The notes under the pieces: generated by a model
What the model was told of the DNA's origin: nothing
What the model saw: only the letters and a program-made list of their open reading frames with translations
Databases searched by the model: none
Part shown: positions 30,392-40,549 of the stretch, one piece after another
Position numbering within the stretch: the first letter of the stretch is position 1
Layout of the letters: every line of letters begins with the position of its first letter
NCBI GenBank assembly: GCA_963790475.1
Contig: CAWBOS010000015.1
Location: 384,001-448,000 of the forward strand
Reading direction: 5' to 3'
DNA: 64,000 nt
Source: an uncultured delta proteobacterium
Lineage (GTDB): Bacteria > Desulfobacterota > RBG-13-43-22
Made by a program: the position numbers and the translations under genes

Positions 30392-31333
30392 TTAACTCCT
30401 GTCTCCTCCGGAATTCGATATCGAAAGGCGGGAAGCGGCCTTTCCTGTACCTGCCGGCTCGGATTGAAAAAAAGGCTCAAAGATGTACCACTGAAAAGGA
30501 TATCGGCGTACCATCTCCTCCAGGGCTTCTGCGTAGCCCTGGGCGCTTTCCTGAAGGGCCTTGTCCCTTCCGGAACGGGAAGAGGTCTTCACCTGTCTGG
30601 GAGGGAGGACAATGACCTGGTGTCTTCCTCTTTTTATCCGAAAGGTAAAAAGAATGAAGAGAGGCGCTCCGGTGATCAGGGCCAGAAGATAGGGACCTGA
30701 GGCCAGGGCCACCTCCCGGCCAAAGAATGTTACCGGCAAAAGAGAGCGCTGTTCGGTCCAGACCAAATCCCCGGCTATGGAGACGAATCCCCCTTCCCGG
30801 ATAAACTTGATCGCCTCCAACCCGCCCCAGAGAGAATCTTTTTCTCCCATGGCCACCTGAATGGTGATTCCCCGCTCCTGGAGGGTCTCCCGCTGATCGC
30901 GGGCCACCAGCCTGGCCTCCTTTTCACCCATCATCAGTAAAAATTTAAGTCCATATTTTTGAAAGGCGCGGGCCGCAACCTCGTAACTGCCCAAATGGGA
31001 CATGAGGAGGATTCCACCGGTCCCTTTTTCATTGGCCTCTAATATCCCTTCCTTCCCTTGTGTAGTTGCGAGTTCCCCCTTCTTTCTCTCCACGTCGATC
31101 CGGTCGCCGAAGGTAGCTGCGAAGGAATGAAACTGACGCCAAGCGCAATAGAGATGATACCATCCCCGGCGATCAGGAAAGATGACCTGATAGAGTCGGA
31201 CACTATTTCTCCTCCTGGCGGGAAGAAAAAAGAAATATCCGGTGGACACCCACCAGGAAAAAAAACGGATGGGCCAGGAGCCCAGAAAAAAGAAACCCTG
31301 GGAAGCCTTCTTTATAAAGGAAGCCTTAGTCAT
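30392..31333 (-). CDS. LpxL/HtrB-like lipid acyltransferase
   Basis: LLMSHLGSYE (HxGxxE), IAGD, VTFFG..ASGP, YPFQWYIF. Confidence 0.85.
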   Translation of the reverse strand: MTKASFIKKASQGFFFLGSWPIRFFSWWVSTGYFFFLPARRRNSVRLYQVIFPDRRGWYHLYCAWRQFHSFAATFGDRIDVERKKGELATTQGKEGILEANEKGTGGILLMSHLGSYEVAARAFQKYGLKFLLMMGEKEARLVARDQRETLQERGITIQVAMGEKDSLWGGLEAIKFIREGGFVSIAGDLVWTEQRSLLPVTFFGREVALASGPYLLALITGAPLFILFTFRIKRGRHQVIVLPPRQVKTSSRSGRDKALQESAQGYAEALEEMVRRYPFQWYIFEPFFQSEPAGTGKAASRLSISNSGGDRS

Positions 31334-31339
31334 GCTCTC

Positions 31340-32979
31340 TTATTCGGCCTGGACCTCCTGCCTCAAGACCTTCTTCTGGATCTTCCCGGCCGGGTTCCTG
31401 GGGATCTCCCGGCGGAAAAGGATGGCCTTGGGAACCCGATAATCGGGCATGTTTTCTCGGCAGTATTTGAGAATCTCCTCTCGACTCCCTTTCAGGCCTT
31501 CTTTCAGAGAGATCACCGCTACAACGGCCTGGCCCTTTATCCGGTCAGGGATACCGATCACGGCAACATCCTTGATCTTGGGGTGCTTTTCCAGGACGGC
31601 CTCGATTTGGCTGGGGTAGATGTTGAAACCACTGGAGAGGATCAGATCGTCTTTGCGGTCCACCAGGTAAAAATAGCCTTCTTCGTCCATTCGGGCCAGG
31701 TCCTTGGTGTAAAGCCAACCGTCTCGCAAAGCCGACAAGGTGAGTTCCGGATTATTCCAATAGCCTTGCATGATCTGAGGCCCTTTCACCACCATTTCGC
31801 CGATCTCACCCGGGGCACATTCTTCCCGACCGGTTTCCATGTCCATGATTCGGACATCCGTGTCCGGTGAGGGAAGGCCGATGGAGCCTCGGGGTCCTCC
31901 GTGGGGGGAAGGTAAGAAATGGGTGGCCCCGGAGGCCTCGGAAAGCCCGTAGGCCTCGATAATCTTCCGGCCGGTGAGTTCTTCGTAACGTTCATGAGCC
32001 CAGGCAGGCAGGGGTGCCCCTCCGCTGGTGGCCACCTGAACGGAAGAGAGTTGGGGTCCGGCAATCTCGGCCGGAAGGGACAGGATGGCCGCCCACAGGC
32101 TGGGTACGACCGGGAAGGAAATCGGCCGGTAAGTCTCATTGATTTTCAGCAAGGAAAGGATATCCAGGGGGTCGATCCTGGGCAGGAGGACCATCCGGTA
32201 TCCCTTTAGTACGGAAACAAGAAGACAAGCCGATAACCCGAAAACATGGAAAAAAGGAATCACGCACAGAGCCGCGGCATTGCCGGCATTCTGTTCTCCC
32301 ATCCAGGCATCGGACTGGAGCACACTGGCAATAAGATTGGCGTGGGTCAGGACAGCGGCCTTGGGGATCCCGGTGGAACCGCTTGTAAACTGCAAGCACG
32401 GCCACATCTTCGGGAGAGACCTGAACCGGCGGTTCTTCCGCACTTGAGGCCGAGGCGGTTACTTCCTGGAATATTTGAGGTTGCGGGTCTCCTGCTTCCA
32501 AAGGAATTTTCTTTTCCAACCCGAATATGGAGTGAAGGATAACGGTTTTCACCCCGGTTTTTTTAATCACCTGATAGATATTCTGGGCAAACAGATCCAG
32601 GGTGATAACCATCCCGGCCCCGGAGTCGTTGAGGCAGCGGGCCAGTTCTTCTCCCTGAATCCCCACACTTATATTGACCACAATGGCCCCGAGTTTCATA
32701 ACGGCAAAAAAGGCGATCACATAGGTCGGGGAGTTAACTAGAATAAAAGCGATCCGGTCTCCCTTTTTCAACCCCCTGCTCCCGAAGGGCCTGGGCGAAC
32801 CGGTTTACTCTCTCATTCAGTTCCCGGTAGGTCAGGTGGGTTTCATTAAAGGAGAGGGCGGTATAGTCCGGGTGGTTGGTCGCCGTGTCCGTCAGGAAAC
32901 GTTGGAGGGGAATCGGCGGATAAGTTAGGGAATGGGGAACATGTCCCTCATAGTGCTTGAGCCACGGTTTTTCTTTCAT
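31340..32979 (-). CDS. Long-chain fatty acid-CoA/ACP ligase (AMP-binding), split by two single-base indels
   Basis: Three overlapping ORFs join into KPWLKHY..KGDRIA..VAVLQFTSGSTGIPK..EAYGLSE..YLVDRKDD..GKIQK. Indels at ~32770 (G5 run) and ~32394. Confidence 0.88.
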
Positions 32980-33049
32980 CGACTCTCCAATATTTTGAAA
33001 CCTGTTTTCCGAATAACAATGAAAAAGTTCAAAAACGCCCGTGGCCCTT

Positions 33050-33322
33050 CTACCCATTTTTCCGGTTGGCCTCAATATAGTCCGCCAGGGAGGAAAGGGT
33101 AATAAAGACTTTCTCGCCCAGATCCTTACTGAAGATCTCCACCCCGTAATCTCTTTCTACCAGGACTACCAGGACCAAAAGGTCCACGGAAGCCAGACCG
33201 AGGCCTCCATCAAAGAAAGGGGTGTCGTCTGCCAATTCATTGGGGTCCATATCTTCGAGTTGGAGTTCTTCTACGATTTTTTCTTTTAATTCTTGCAGGA
33301 GTTGTTTCATAGTTGATCCCAT
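33050..33322 (-). CDS. Acyl carrier protein with atypical GLASVD attachment motif
   Basis: LKEKIVEELQLEDMDPNELADDTPFFDGGLGLASVDLLVLVVLVERDYGV, the ACP pattern seen in non-canonical FAS II clusters. Confidence 0.82.
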   Translation of the reverse strand: MGSTMKQLLQELKEKIVEELQLEDMDPNELADDTPFFDGGLGLASVDLLVLVVLVERDYGVEIFSKDLGEKVFITLSSLADYIEANRKNG

Positions 33323-33515
33323 ATTGAGCGCCCTCTATCCGGAAGTTTTTTGCTTTCTGCTTCAAATTCCCCATCATTTTCCTATCCCCTTTTATTAGAG
33401 AAATAGAGGACTTTAAGATTTTAGGCGTAGAGATTGCCGGGGAAAAAACGCCTTTGTTTTTCTAACATAACAAGGGTTAATGTCAATATCAAATAAATGT
33501 TTCCCATAATTTTCC

Positions 33516-33545
33516 TTGACCCCGGTTCCTTTTTCCATTTATAAT
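33516..33545 (+). promoter_or_regulatory. Promoter of the acp-rSAM-rSAM-fabF-fabF-TE-DH unit (divergent region)
   Basis: TTGACC-N18-TATAAT; an opposite-strand TTGACA at 33486-33481 could serve the leftward unit. Confidence 0.5.
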
Positions 33546-33661
33546 TATTAGAATAATTTAAAAGGTCCTGATAAAGATGATTTTCTTTGAGAAACTAATT
33601 TTCCTGCACTCTTTTCTTAAAGAACCCCGAAGAACAAATACTTAAGTCAACAAGGAGGATA

Positions 33662-33937
33662 ATGATGCCTAAAGGCCATGATATTAAAGGCATTATTGAA
33701 AAGGTAGCCCAAATCATCATTTCTGAACTCAAGCTGGAAGACGTTACGCTTGAGACGTTCAATCCTGATTTGGATCTGATTGATGAACTGGGAATTGACA
33801 GTATGGATTTGGCTACTATCGCTTTGGTTTTGCAGGACGAATACAAGATTATGATTGACGAAGACGATTATCCCAAATTAAAGACCATTCGACTGATCGC
33901 GGAATATGTCGGGGAAAAAATTTCAGCCCGGGGTTAA
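33662..33937 (+). CDS. Acyl carrier protein
   Basis: DLIDELGIDSMDLATIALVLQDEY with canonical DS motif; RBS AGGAGG. Confidence 0.9.
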   Translation: MMPKGHDIKGIIEKVAQIIISELKLEDVTLETFNPDLDLIDELGIDSMDLATIALVLQDEYKIMIDEDDYPKLKTIRLIAEYVGEKISARG

Positions 33938-33996
33938 TATTCCTGCAGCTCAATCCCGGTATTGGGAACAATCAACTTAAGAGGAACACATTGGCT

Positions 33997-35067
33997 ATGA
34001 CCATCAACCATCAGGCATCCCTGGAACCGGAAAAACCGAAGTTTTCCGATCTCCTCGCCCATCCGGAAGTCAGGCAACGCTGGGAAAAAGTCAAGAAATA
34101 TTTTTTTCTGCGGGAATCCACCTACGACATGAGCAACCGTTGCAACCTCCGCTGCGACGGCTGTTATTATTTTGAAGGCGAAAAGCAGTTTGCCGTGGAA
34201 AATACCCAAGTGGAAGCTTGGCGCGAGCTTATGCAATCCGAAAAAAAACGGGGCATCACCTATGTGGTTCTGGCCGGGGCCGAGCCTTCGCTCGTCCCCG
34301 AGCTGTTGGAGGTTTGTTTTCAAGAACTGCCGCTGGGCAGCATAGCGACCAACGGTTTTAAAAAAATACCGGAATCGGTGGGTTATAAAATCCATATTTC
34401 CGTTTGGGGGAATGATGAAACCAGCCTCCGAATACGGAAGGCCAAAGATCTCTTAAAAAAACAAATTGAAAATTATCGCAATGATCCACGGGCCGTTTTT
34501 GTCTATACCTTTACCCGGGAAAATATGGAAGAAGTCTCTGAAGTGGCCAAGCGGCTCGTTTCCGAAAACTGTAAACTGACTTTTAATGTCTTTTCTTCTC
34601 CGTTAGGATATAATGGAGCGTTGCGCCACGATAGGGAGTCGTTGGCGAGGGCTCGAACCTCCATGATTGAGCTCTTGGAGAAATATCCAAAACATGTCCT
34701 TTTTTCGGTTTATAATGCCGTGGCTCATACCCATCAAGGCAGTTTGCACGATCTTTTCTCCTGCTTGTATCCCCGGCAAAACCCTTCCCAGGATCTTGGC
34801 CTGGGGCGGTCTTTTCGCCAATACCGGACCGACTTGAAATGGGATCGATCAGCGGCCTGCTGTGTGCCAGACACCGACTGCGCCGACTGCCGACATTACG
34901 CATCGGGTTCGGCTATTGTCACCGCTCGCCTTTTTCGCCATGCCGATAAGTTGGAAACCTTTCAGGCCTGGTTGGATTACGTGGACACCTATTTGGCGGT
35001 TTGGGTGATGGGGTATCCCAAAGGGGAGAATCTTTGCTCGACTCCGGTCAACCCCCCACTGGCTTAA
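33997..35067 (+). CDS. Radical SAM protein 1 (no B12 domain; C-terminal Cys cluster)
   Basis: CNLRCDGC (CxxxCxxC), LAGAEP, IATNG; C-terminal C..CCVPDTDCADC. Confidence 0.9.
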   Translation: MTINHQASLEPEKPKFSDLLAHPEVRQRWEKVKKYFFLRESTYDMSNRCNLRCDGCYYFEGEKQFAVENTQVEAWRELMQSEKKRGITYVVLAGAEPSLVPELLEVCFQELPLGSIATNGFKKIPESVGYKIHISVWGNDETSLRIRKAKDLLKKQIENYRNDPRAVFVYTFTRENMEEVSEVAKRLVSENCKLTFNVFSSPLGYNGALRHDRESLARARTSMIELLEKYPKHVLFSVYNAVAHTHQGSLHDLFSCLYPRQNPSQDLGLGRSFRQYRTDLKWDRSAACCVPDTDCADCRHYASGSAIVTARLFRHADKLETFQAWLDYVDTYLAVWVMGYPKGENLCSTPVNPPLA

Positions 35068-35116
35068 TAGTCGAACGGGAAACAGATAATCATATGGGTC
35101 TCAAAGGATCGGCTTC

Positions 35117-36115
35117 ATGATCACCGTTAGTTCATTACTGGATCAACCTTGGTACGAACGCTACAAACGGATATCCAATCTGAATATCCGCAGTTCCATT
35201 TATGACGTCACCAACCAGTGCAATTTACGCTGCAAGGGTTGTTTCTTCTTTTCTTCCAACGAACACCAGGCGGCCCGGGAAGAAATGGATCTCCAAAAGT
35301 GGGAAGCGTTTATCGACCGGGAAAAAGAACGAGGGGTCAATCTGGCCATATTGATCGGCGGCGAGCCGACTCTTTACCTGGATCGGGTCGAGGCCTTTTA
35401 CCGGCGTCTGCCGTCCTATTGCGCGACCAACGGGTTAATTAAAATTCCGCGGGACCGCTTTCCCGACATGATGGTCGGGATCTCGCTCTGGGGCAGTCCC
35501 GAAGACGAAAAAGTCCTCCGGGGACGGGACACCTTTGCCATCTCCAGTAAGAGTTATGCCGGCGATCCTTTTACCTATTATTTGTTCACCATCACCCCGC
35601 GGCAGGTGGGAAAGATCGAGCCGGTCATTCAAAGAATTGCGGATGTGGGATTGAAGGTCCATCTTCAGCTTTTGTCAAATGACGAACATGTGGACGGCTT
35701 TTCCTGGCAGGAGAACGAACTGAAAGACTTGTGTAGTGAAATGGATGCCATGCTGGACCGGTATCCCCAGACGGTCATCTCCAGTAAATATTACCATCAG
35801 ATCATCACCACCGGAATCATGATGGGCCGTCCCTTCGGCTGGAACGAATGTCCATCGGTTACCGAGTCCTTAGATGACCGGGACCCCCAGCCCCGCCGCC
35901 TGATCCATTTTATCCGCTGGGCTTCCGATTTAAAGACGGTCCATCGCTGTTGTACTTCGGCCACACGGGATTGCTCCACCTGCAAGGACGGCGCGGCCCA
36001 CATGAGCTGGGCTATGGTCAATAAGCGGGAGCATATCCGGACAACCGAAGATTTACAAAACTGGATCGAAGTCTATGAAATGTTTGCCAAGCTCTATCGC
36101 TTTATCCCCTGGTAA
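35117..36115 (+). CDS. Radical SAM protein 2 (paralog of protein 1)
   Basis: CNLRCKGC, IGGEP, ATNG; C-terminal C..CCTSATRDCSTC. Confidence 0.9.
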   Translation: MITVSSLLDQPWYERYKRISNLNIRSSIYDVTNQCNLRCKGCFFFSSNEHQAAREEMDLQKWEAFIDREKERGVNLAILIGGEPTLYLDRVEAFYRRLPSYCATNGLIKIPRDRFPDMMVGISLWGSPEDEKVLRGRDTFAISSKSYAGDPFTYYLFTITPRQVGKIEPVIQRIADVGLKVHLQLLSNDEHVDGFSWQENELKDLCSEMDAMLDRYPQTVISSKYYHQIITTGIMMGRPFGWNECPSVTESLDDRDPQPRRLIHFIRWASDLKTVHRCCTSATRDCSTCKDGAAHMSWAMVNKREHIRTTEDLQNWIEVYEMFAKLYRFIPW

Positions 36116-36264
36116 CCCCAGGCGGCCCTCAGGCAACCAGCCTTTGCCGGCACTTCATCGGCTTCTACGATAAAGTCAACGTCCCTGCTGCAAAAGTCTC
36201 GGACCTCCAGCATTCCCGGCTTTGGCGTCATCAGGATTAATATTAAAGCGGACTATTATCCACT

Positions 36265-37515
36265 ATGGTTTCAAGAAAAGCAGTCATTTTAGGGTATGAT
36301 GCTGTTTCTCCCTTAGGCACGGATTGGGAAACCCAATGGGAACGTGCCGTTCGCGGGGATTCGGGCATAGGACCTTTAACCCGGTTCCCGTTGAGCGCCG
36401 AATTTCCGGTTCGGGTAGCCGGTGAAGTTCCCCCTTTCGACCCCCGTCCCTTTTCTTTTTTACAGCCTCGGGAGATGGCCCATTGGACCTCGCCCATTTT
36501 TAAATACGCCCTTTTGGTTGTGCACCGCGCGCTGTTAAAAAGTGGGCTGGTGATTACGCCCGAGATCGCCCCCCGCGTGGCGGTCACTTTCAGCACCGCC
36601 GTCGGCGGATTGGATGCGGTTTTAGAGGCCGATCGTCTGATGGTATCTCAACAAAAGATGCCTCCTCCCTTTACCAATCCCAATTCCTGTATCAACATGG
36701 TCGGCGGCCGGGTTTCTGTATTCACCGGGGCCAGCGGGCCTATCTGTTCAACCATAACGGCCTGCGCCACCGGAGTCACTTCCTTGATCATGGGTGAGCT
36801 GCTCCTGCAGCGCGGCCTGGCCGATGTAGTCATCGGCGGCGCCGTCGATTTTCCATTGGTCGAACCGATCGTAGCCGGATTTGCCACTATGAATGGGGCC
36901 TATCGTCCCAAGGAAGGTCAACCTCTGGTGCCGCCGGAAAAAACCAGCCGGCCTTTTTCAGCCAACCGCAGGGGGTTTGTGGTTTCCGAAGGGGCCGGCT
37001 GCATTATTTTGACCACGGCGGATTTTGCCAAAGCCCACGGGCTCCAGGCGCCTATTGAACTGGCCGGCTATGGAATGACCTCAGATGCCACCCACTTTGT
37101 TGCCCCCAATCTGGAAACGGTTCAAAGATGCATCAGTCAGGCTATTGCCGACGCGGGCCTGCAGCCTTCGGATATCCATGCCGTGAATGCCCACGCCACT
37201 TCCACAAAAGTGGGAGACAAAGTGGAAGCCGATGCGCTGCATAATATCTTCGGCACAAATCTCCCCCCGGTAACGGCCAATAAATCGCAATTGGGTCATG
37301 CCATGGGGGCCTCCAGCGCCATCGAGGCCATTTTGGCCATGGATGGCTTGCTTAAAGAGACCTTGCTTCCCACGATTAATTATCTCCCTGATCCGGAGAT
37401 TGAGTTGGATTGCGTGGCTGAGGGGGCCAGAAAATTCAAAGGGGAATTTGTGCTGAAAAATGCCCTGGGGTTTGGCGGATGCAATTCCTGTCTGATTCTA
37501 CGCCGGCTAATTTAG
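36265..37515 (+). CDS. fabF: Beta-ketoacyl-ACP synthase II-like (KS1)
   Basis: TACATG (Cys), NAHATST (His), KSQLGHAMGA (His), GFGGCN. Confidence 0.9.
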   Translation: MVSRKAVILGYDAVSPLGTDWETQWERAVRGDSGIGPLTRFPLSAEFPVRVAGEVPPFDPRPFSFLQPREMAHWTSPIFKYALLVVHRALLKSGLVITPEIAPRVAVTFSTAVGGLDAVLEADRLMVSQQKMPPPFTNPNSCINMVGGRVSVFTGASGPICSTITACATGVTSLIMGELLLQRGLADVVIGGAVDFPLVEPIVAGFATMNGAYRPKEGQPLVPPEKTSRPFSANRRGFVVSEGAGCIILTTADFAKAHGLQAPIELAGYGMTSDATHFVAPNLETVQRCISQAIADAGLQPSDIHAVNAHATSTKVGDKVEADALHNIFGTNLPPVTANKSQLGHAMGASSAIEAILAMDGLLKETLLPTINYLPDPEIELDCVAEGARKFKGEFVLKNALGFGGCNSCLILRRLI

Positions 37516-37581
37516 TCGAAACACCCCATCGGATCAATATTAGAATGGAAGGTTAAGATTACAAAGGATGTGCGGTAAGCC

Positions 37582-38846
37582 ATGAAGGCACCTAAAAACA
37601 GAAAAGTATTTGTCGTCGGTTACGGGACGGCTACCCCCCTGGGGAGTACCTTTGAAAAGACCTGGAAGCGCGCCGTTAAAGGGGAAGCCGGTTTCCGGAA
37701 AGTGACCCGCTGTCAGGTGGAATCCGCTTGCAACATTGTCGGTGAGATCCCGGACTGGAATCCTCTGGATCTTGATTTTATCGATGCCAAAGAAATGTAC
37801 AACTGGAATGCCGCTTTTGTTATCCTGACTATGGCCGTCTGCCGGGAGGCCCTGGAAAATGCCGGGATTACCATGGATGACCGGATTGCCCCGCGCATGG
37901 CCTGTCTGATCGGTTCGGCCCTGAATGGGCCGGATGCCTTCCGAGTAGCGATGCAGGATTTGGAACACCGCGGCCCGCTCCGGGTAAGCCCTTATTTACT
38001 GCCCAATTTGTGCGCCAATGTCCCGGCCGGGAAAGCCGGTATGCTTCTGAAATTTACCGGTCCTATCTTTTCCCCCAGGGGGCCTGCGCCTCGGGCAACC
38101 ATGCCATCGGCCTGGGGGCCAGAATGATCCGGGATGGGGATTGCGATTTCGTACTGGCCGGCGGGGCCGATGCCCCCATCCTGCCGGAATTGATTCACGG
38201 CTTTGCCAATATGAATGCCACCATCAAGGTCCATCCCGAGGATCGCGCTTATTCCGATCCGGCTCAGGCTTCCCGTCCTTTCAGTTTCGACCGCAAAGGA
38301 TTTGTCCTTTCGGAAGGGGCAGGAGTAGTCGTCCTGGCGGCGGAAGAGCTGATAAAGGCCTATGGTCTTAAGGCCAGGGCTGAGGTTTTAGGGGTTGGAT
38401 GGACTTCGGATGCTTATCATTACACCAGCCCCAACCCCACCACCATTATCCGGGCCATCAGGGAAACCATTGAGGATGCCGGTCTGAAACCGGCGGACAT
38501 TGAATACATCAATGCCCATGGAACGTCCACACCCAAGGGCGACCGGACGGAAGTAAAATGTCTGCGAGAAGTTTTTGGGAAAACAATAGAACGTATTCCG
38601 GTATCTTCAAACAAGTCCCAGTTGGGACATACCCTGGGCGCGACCGCGGCCATTGAGGCCGCTTTGACCATTGAGGCCATGGGTAGGGGGCTTATTTTGC
38701 CGACCATTAATCATCTTCCCGATCCCGATTTTCCCGATATCGATGTCGTGGCCAATGTGGTCCGCAAAAAAAATTATGAAATTGCGCTTTCCAATGCCTT
38801 CGGTTTTGGCGGAACGAACTGCTGTATCATTTTTAGGGGGGTGTAA
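37582..38846 (+). CDS. fabF: Beta-ketoacyl-ACP synthase II-like (KS2), one frameshift in a C-run
   Basis: ORFs 37582-38127 and 38010-38846 join if the C5 run at 38072-38076 is C6: GPIFSPQGACASG, NAHGTST, KSQLGHTLGA, FGFGGTN. Confidence 0.88.
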
Positions 38847-38848
38847 AT

Positions 38849-39328
38849 ATGCGGCCCAAACCATTTCGGCCTGAGGTATTCAATAACGATCAAAAATTCG
38901 TCCGCGATCGCTCGACGGGATTGATCTGGCATCGTTCCACCTATAGAACCTTATATGCCGACACGGACCGCTCGGAAGTGGTCTATCATGCCAACTACCT
39001 GCGTTTTTTCGAATTCGGGCGAACCTCCTTGATGCGCGATTTTGGTTACCCCTACAAGGAAATAGAAGCCAGCGGTTTTGTCTATCCTATCATTGATTTG
39101 AAGATCGGTTTTTATTCCCCGTTGTATTATGATGATTTGATGTATATCCATACCCGGCCGACCCACCTGGAGCGGGTGCGTTTGCAGTTCGACTACCTGA
39201 TCACCCAGGCTGAGAACGGTAGGATCGTCTGCGTCGGTTTTACCAAACATTGCGCCTTGAATGCCAAGAGCCTTCCCGTGGCCGTCGATCCCAAAACGGT
39301 TGAGCTCTGGAAATCGTTCCCCGGTTAG
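38849..39328 (+). CDS. Hotdog-fold acyl-CoA/ACP thioesterase (YbgC/4HBT family)
   Basis: YADTDRSEVVYHANYLRFFEFGR. Confidence 0.9.
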   Translation: MRPKPFRPEVFNNDQKFVRDRSTGLIWHRSTYRTLYADTDRSEVVYHANYLRFFEFGRTSLMRDFGYPYKEIEASGFVYPIIDLKIGFYSPLYYDDLMYIHTRPTHLERVRLQFDYLITQAENGRIVCVGFTKHCALNAKSLPVAVDPKTVELWKSFPG

Positions 39329-39336
39329 ATCAACCA

Positions 39337-40179
39337 ATGCGTTACCCTTTGGAAATCGAAGTCAGTGATTATCTCTATGATCATCACTTCGAAGGCCGGT
39401 TTGTGTTACCAGCCGTTGAAGCACTGATCATCCTGGCCAAGGCCGTTCAAGACCATTTTCCCAACGTGGATGTGTGTTGTTTGAATAAGGCCCGCTTCCC
39501 CCGCTTTTTAGTTATTCCCCCGGGAACACACCGTCTCCCGGTCTTAGTAGAAGTAGAGGAAACACCAGACGGGGCTATTTCCGCTCTGCTGATGACCTCG
39601 GTCAGATCAAAAACCGGAGGCATAGGCCGCAACTTGGAGCATGCCCGGGTAGAATTTTCCTTGGCCGATTCTCCTCCAAATTCTTTCCCTCCCTTAGCTG
39701 ACGCAGATAATCCTGAAGAATCGGGCATCATAGTACCGGCTGAATCGATTTACCCTGGATTGATCCCTTTCGGGAGGGCCTTTCAAAATATCATCAGCCC
39801 GGTCTCTCTTTGGCCCGGAGGGGCAGCGGCTTCTCTCTCAGGCGCGGACCAGGGAACAGAGGATGATTGGCTCGGCTCCCCCTTCCCCTTTGATGCCGCT
39901 ATTCAAGTGGCTTGTGTCTGGGGGCAACGTTTTACCGAGTATATTCTCTTTCCGGTTGGTTTTGAAAAAAGGATCATTCACCAAAAAACAAAAAAAGGCG
40001 GAATCTATCTTGGCCGTATCACGCCAGTGGCCATTGGACAGAACCCATTTTTATTTGATGCCCTGATTTTTGATTCTCAAGGGACGGTCTGTGAAGAAAT
40101 CCGAAGTATTCAAATGCAGGATGTATCCCAGGGCCGCCTCCGCCCGCCATTATGGATCAAGGAGTTGCGACCGGCTTGA
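39337..40179 (+). CDS. Stand-alone PKS-type (double hotdog) dehydratase
   Basis: YLYDHHFEGRFVLPAV (HxxxGxxxxP), FGRAFQNI, PFPFDAAIQ (DxxxQ). Confidence 0.78.
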   Translation: MRYPLEIEVSDYLYDHHFEGRFVLPAVEALIILAKAVQDHFPNVDVCCLNKARFPRFLVIPPGTHRLPVLVEVEETPDGAISALLMTSVRSKTGGIGRNLEHARVEFSLADSPPNSFPPLADADNPEESGIIVPAESIYPGLIPFGRAFQNIISPVSLWPGGAAASLSGADQGTEDDWLGSPFPFDAAIQVACVWGQRFTEYILFPVGFEKRIIHQKTKKGGIYLGRITPVAIGQNPFLFDALIFDSQGTVCEEIRSIQMQDVSQGRLRPPLWIKELRPA

Positions 40180-40549
40180 TAACCTGAAAATTCACTTCAA
40201 CCTTTAAGTTCAGCAGACGGGAATTTCGGTTCTGGTCAGGCATTGCGAGGAGTTGATGAATATGAACTCTCCCGTTTTACTCGAAATGACGAATTGAGGA
40301 AAGTTGTATCACCTGACCAAATGGTTTCGAACCGTCAGTCCGGGAAAACGGCTAAAATCCCTGTCTGCGCTCCACAACATATTTACCCCGTAAGGAAAGG
40401 GGGACAAACACAAGGCGTTGCCACTCTTCAGGTAATTATTTGGCCAAAGGCCAGAGTCCCGCCTTGGAGGGATTCAATCCAGCCCCTCACGGGATTGAAA
40501 AAAAGATTCTCTCAGCGTCCTTTGCGTCTGGCGGTGAAAAATAATTCCT

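Noticed and set aside
40240-40545. ORF 40243-40632 in the gap between the convergent cluster units
   Set aside because: The region consists of decayed REP-like fragments (CATTGCGAGGAG..CTCGAAATGAC, CCCGCC palindrome); the translation has no protein-like features.
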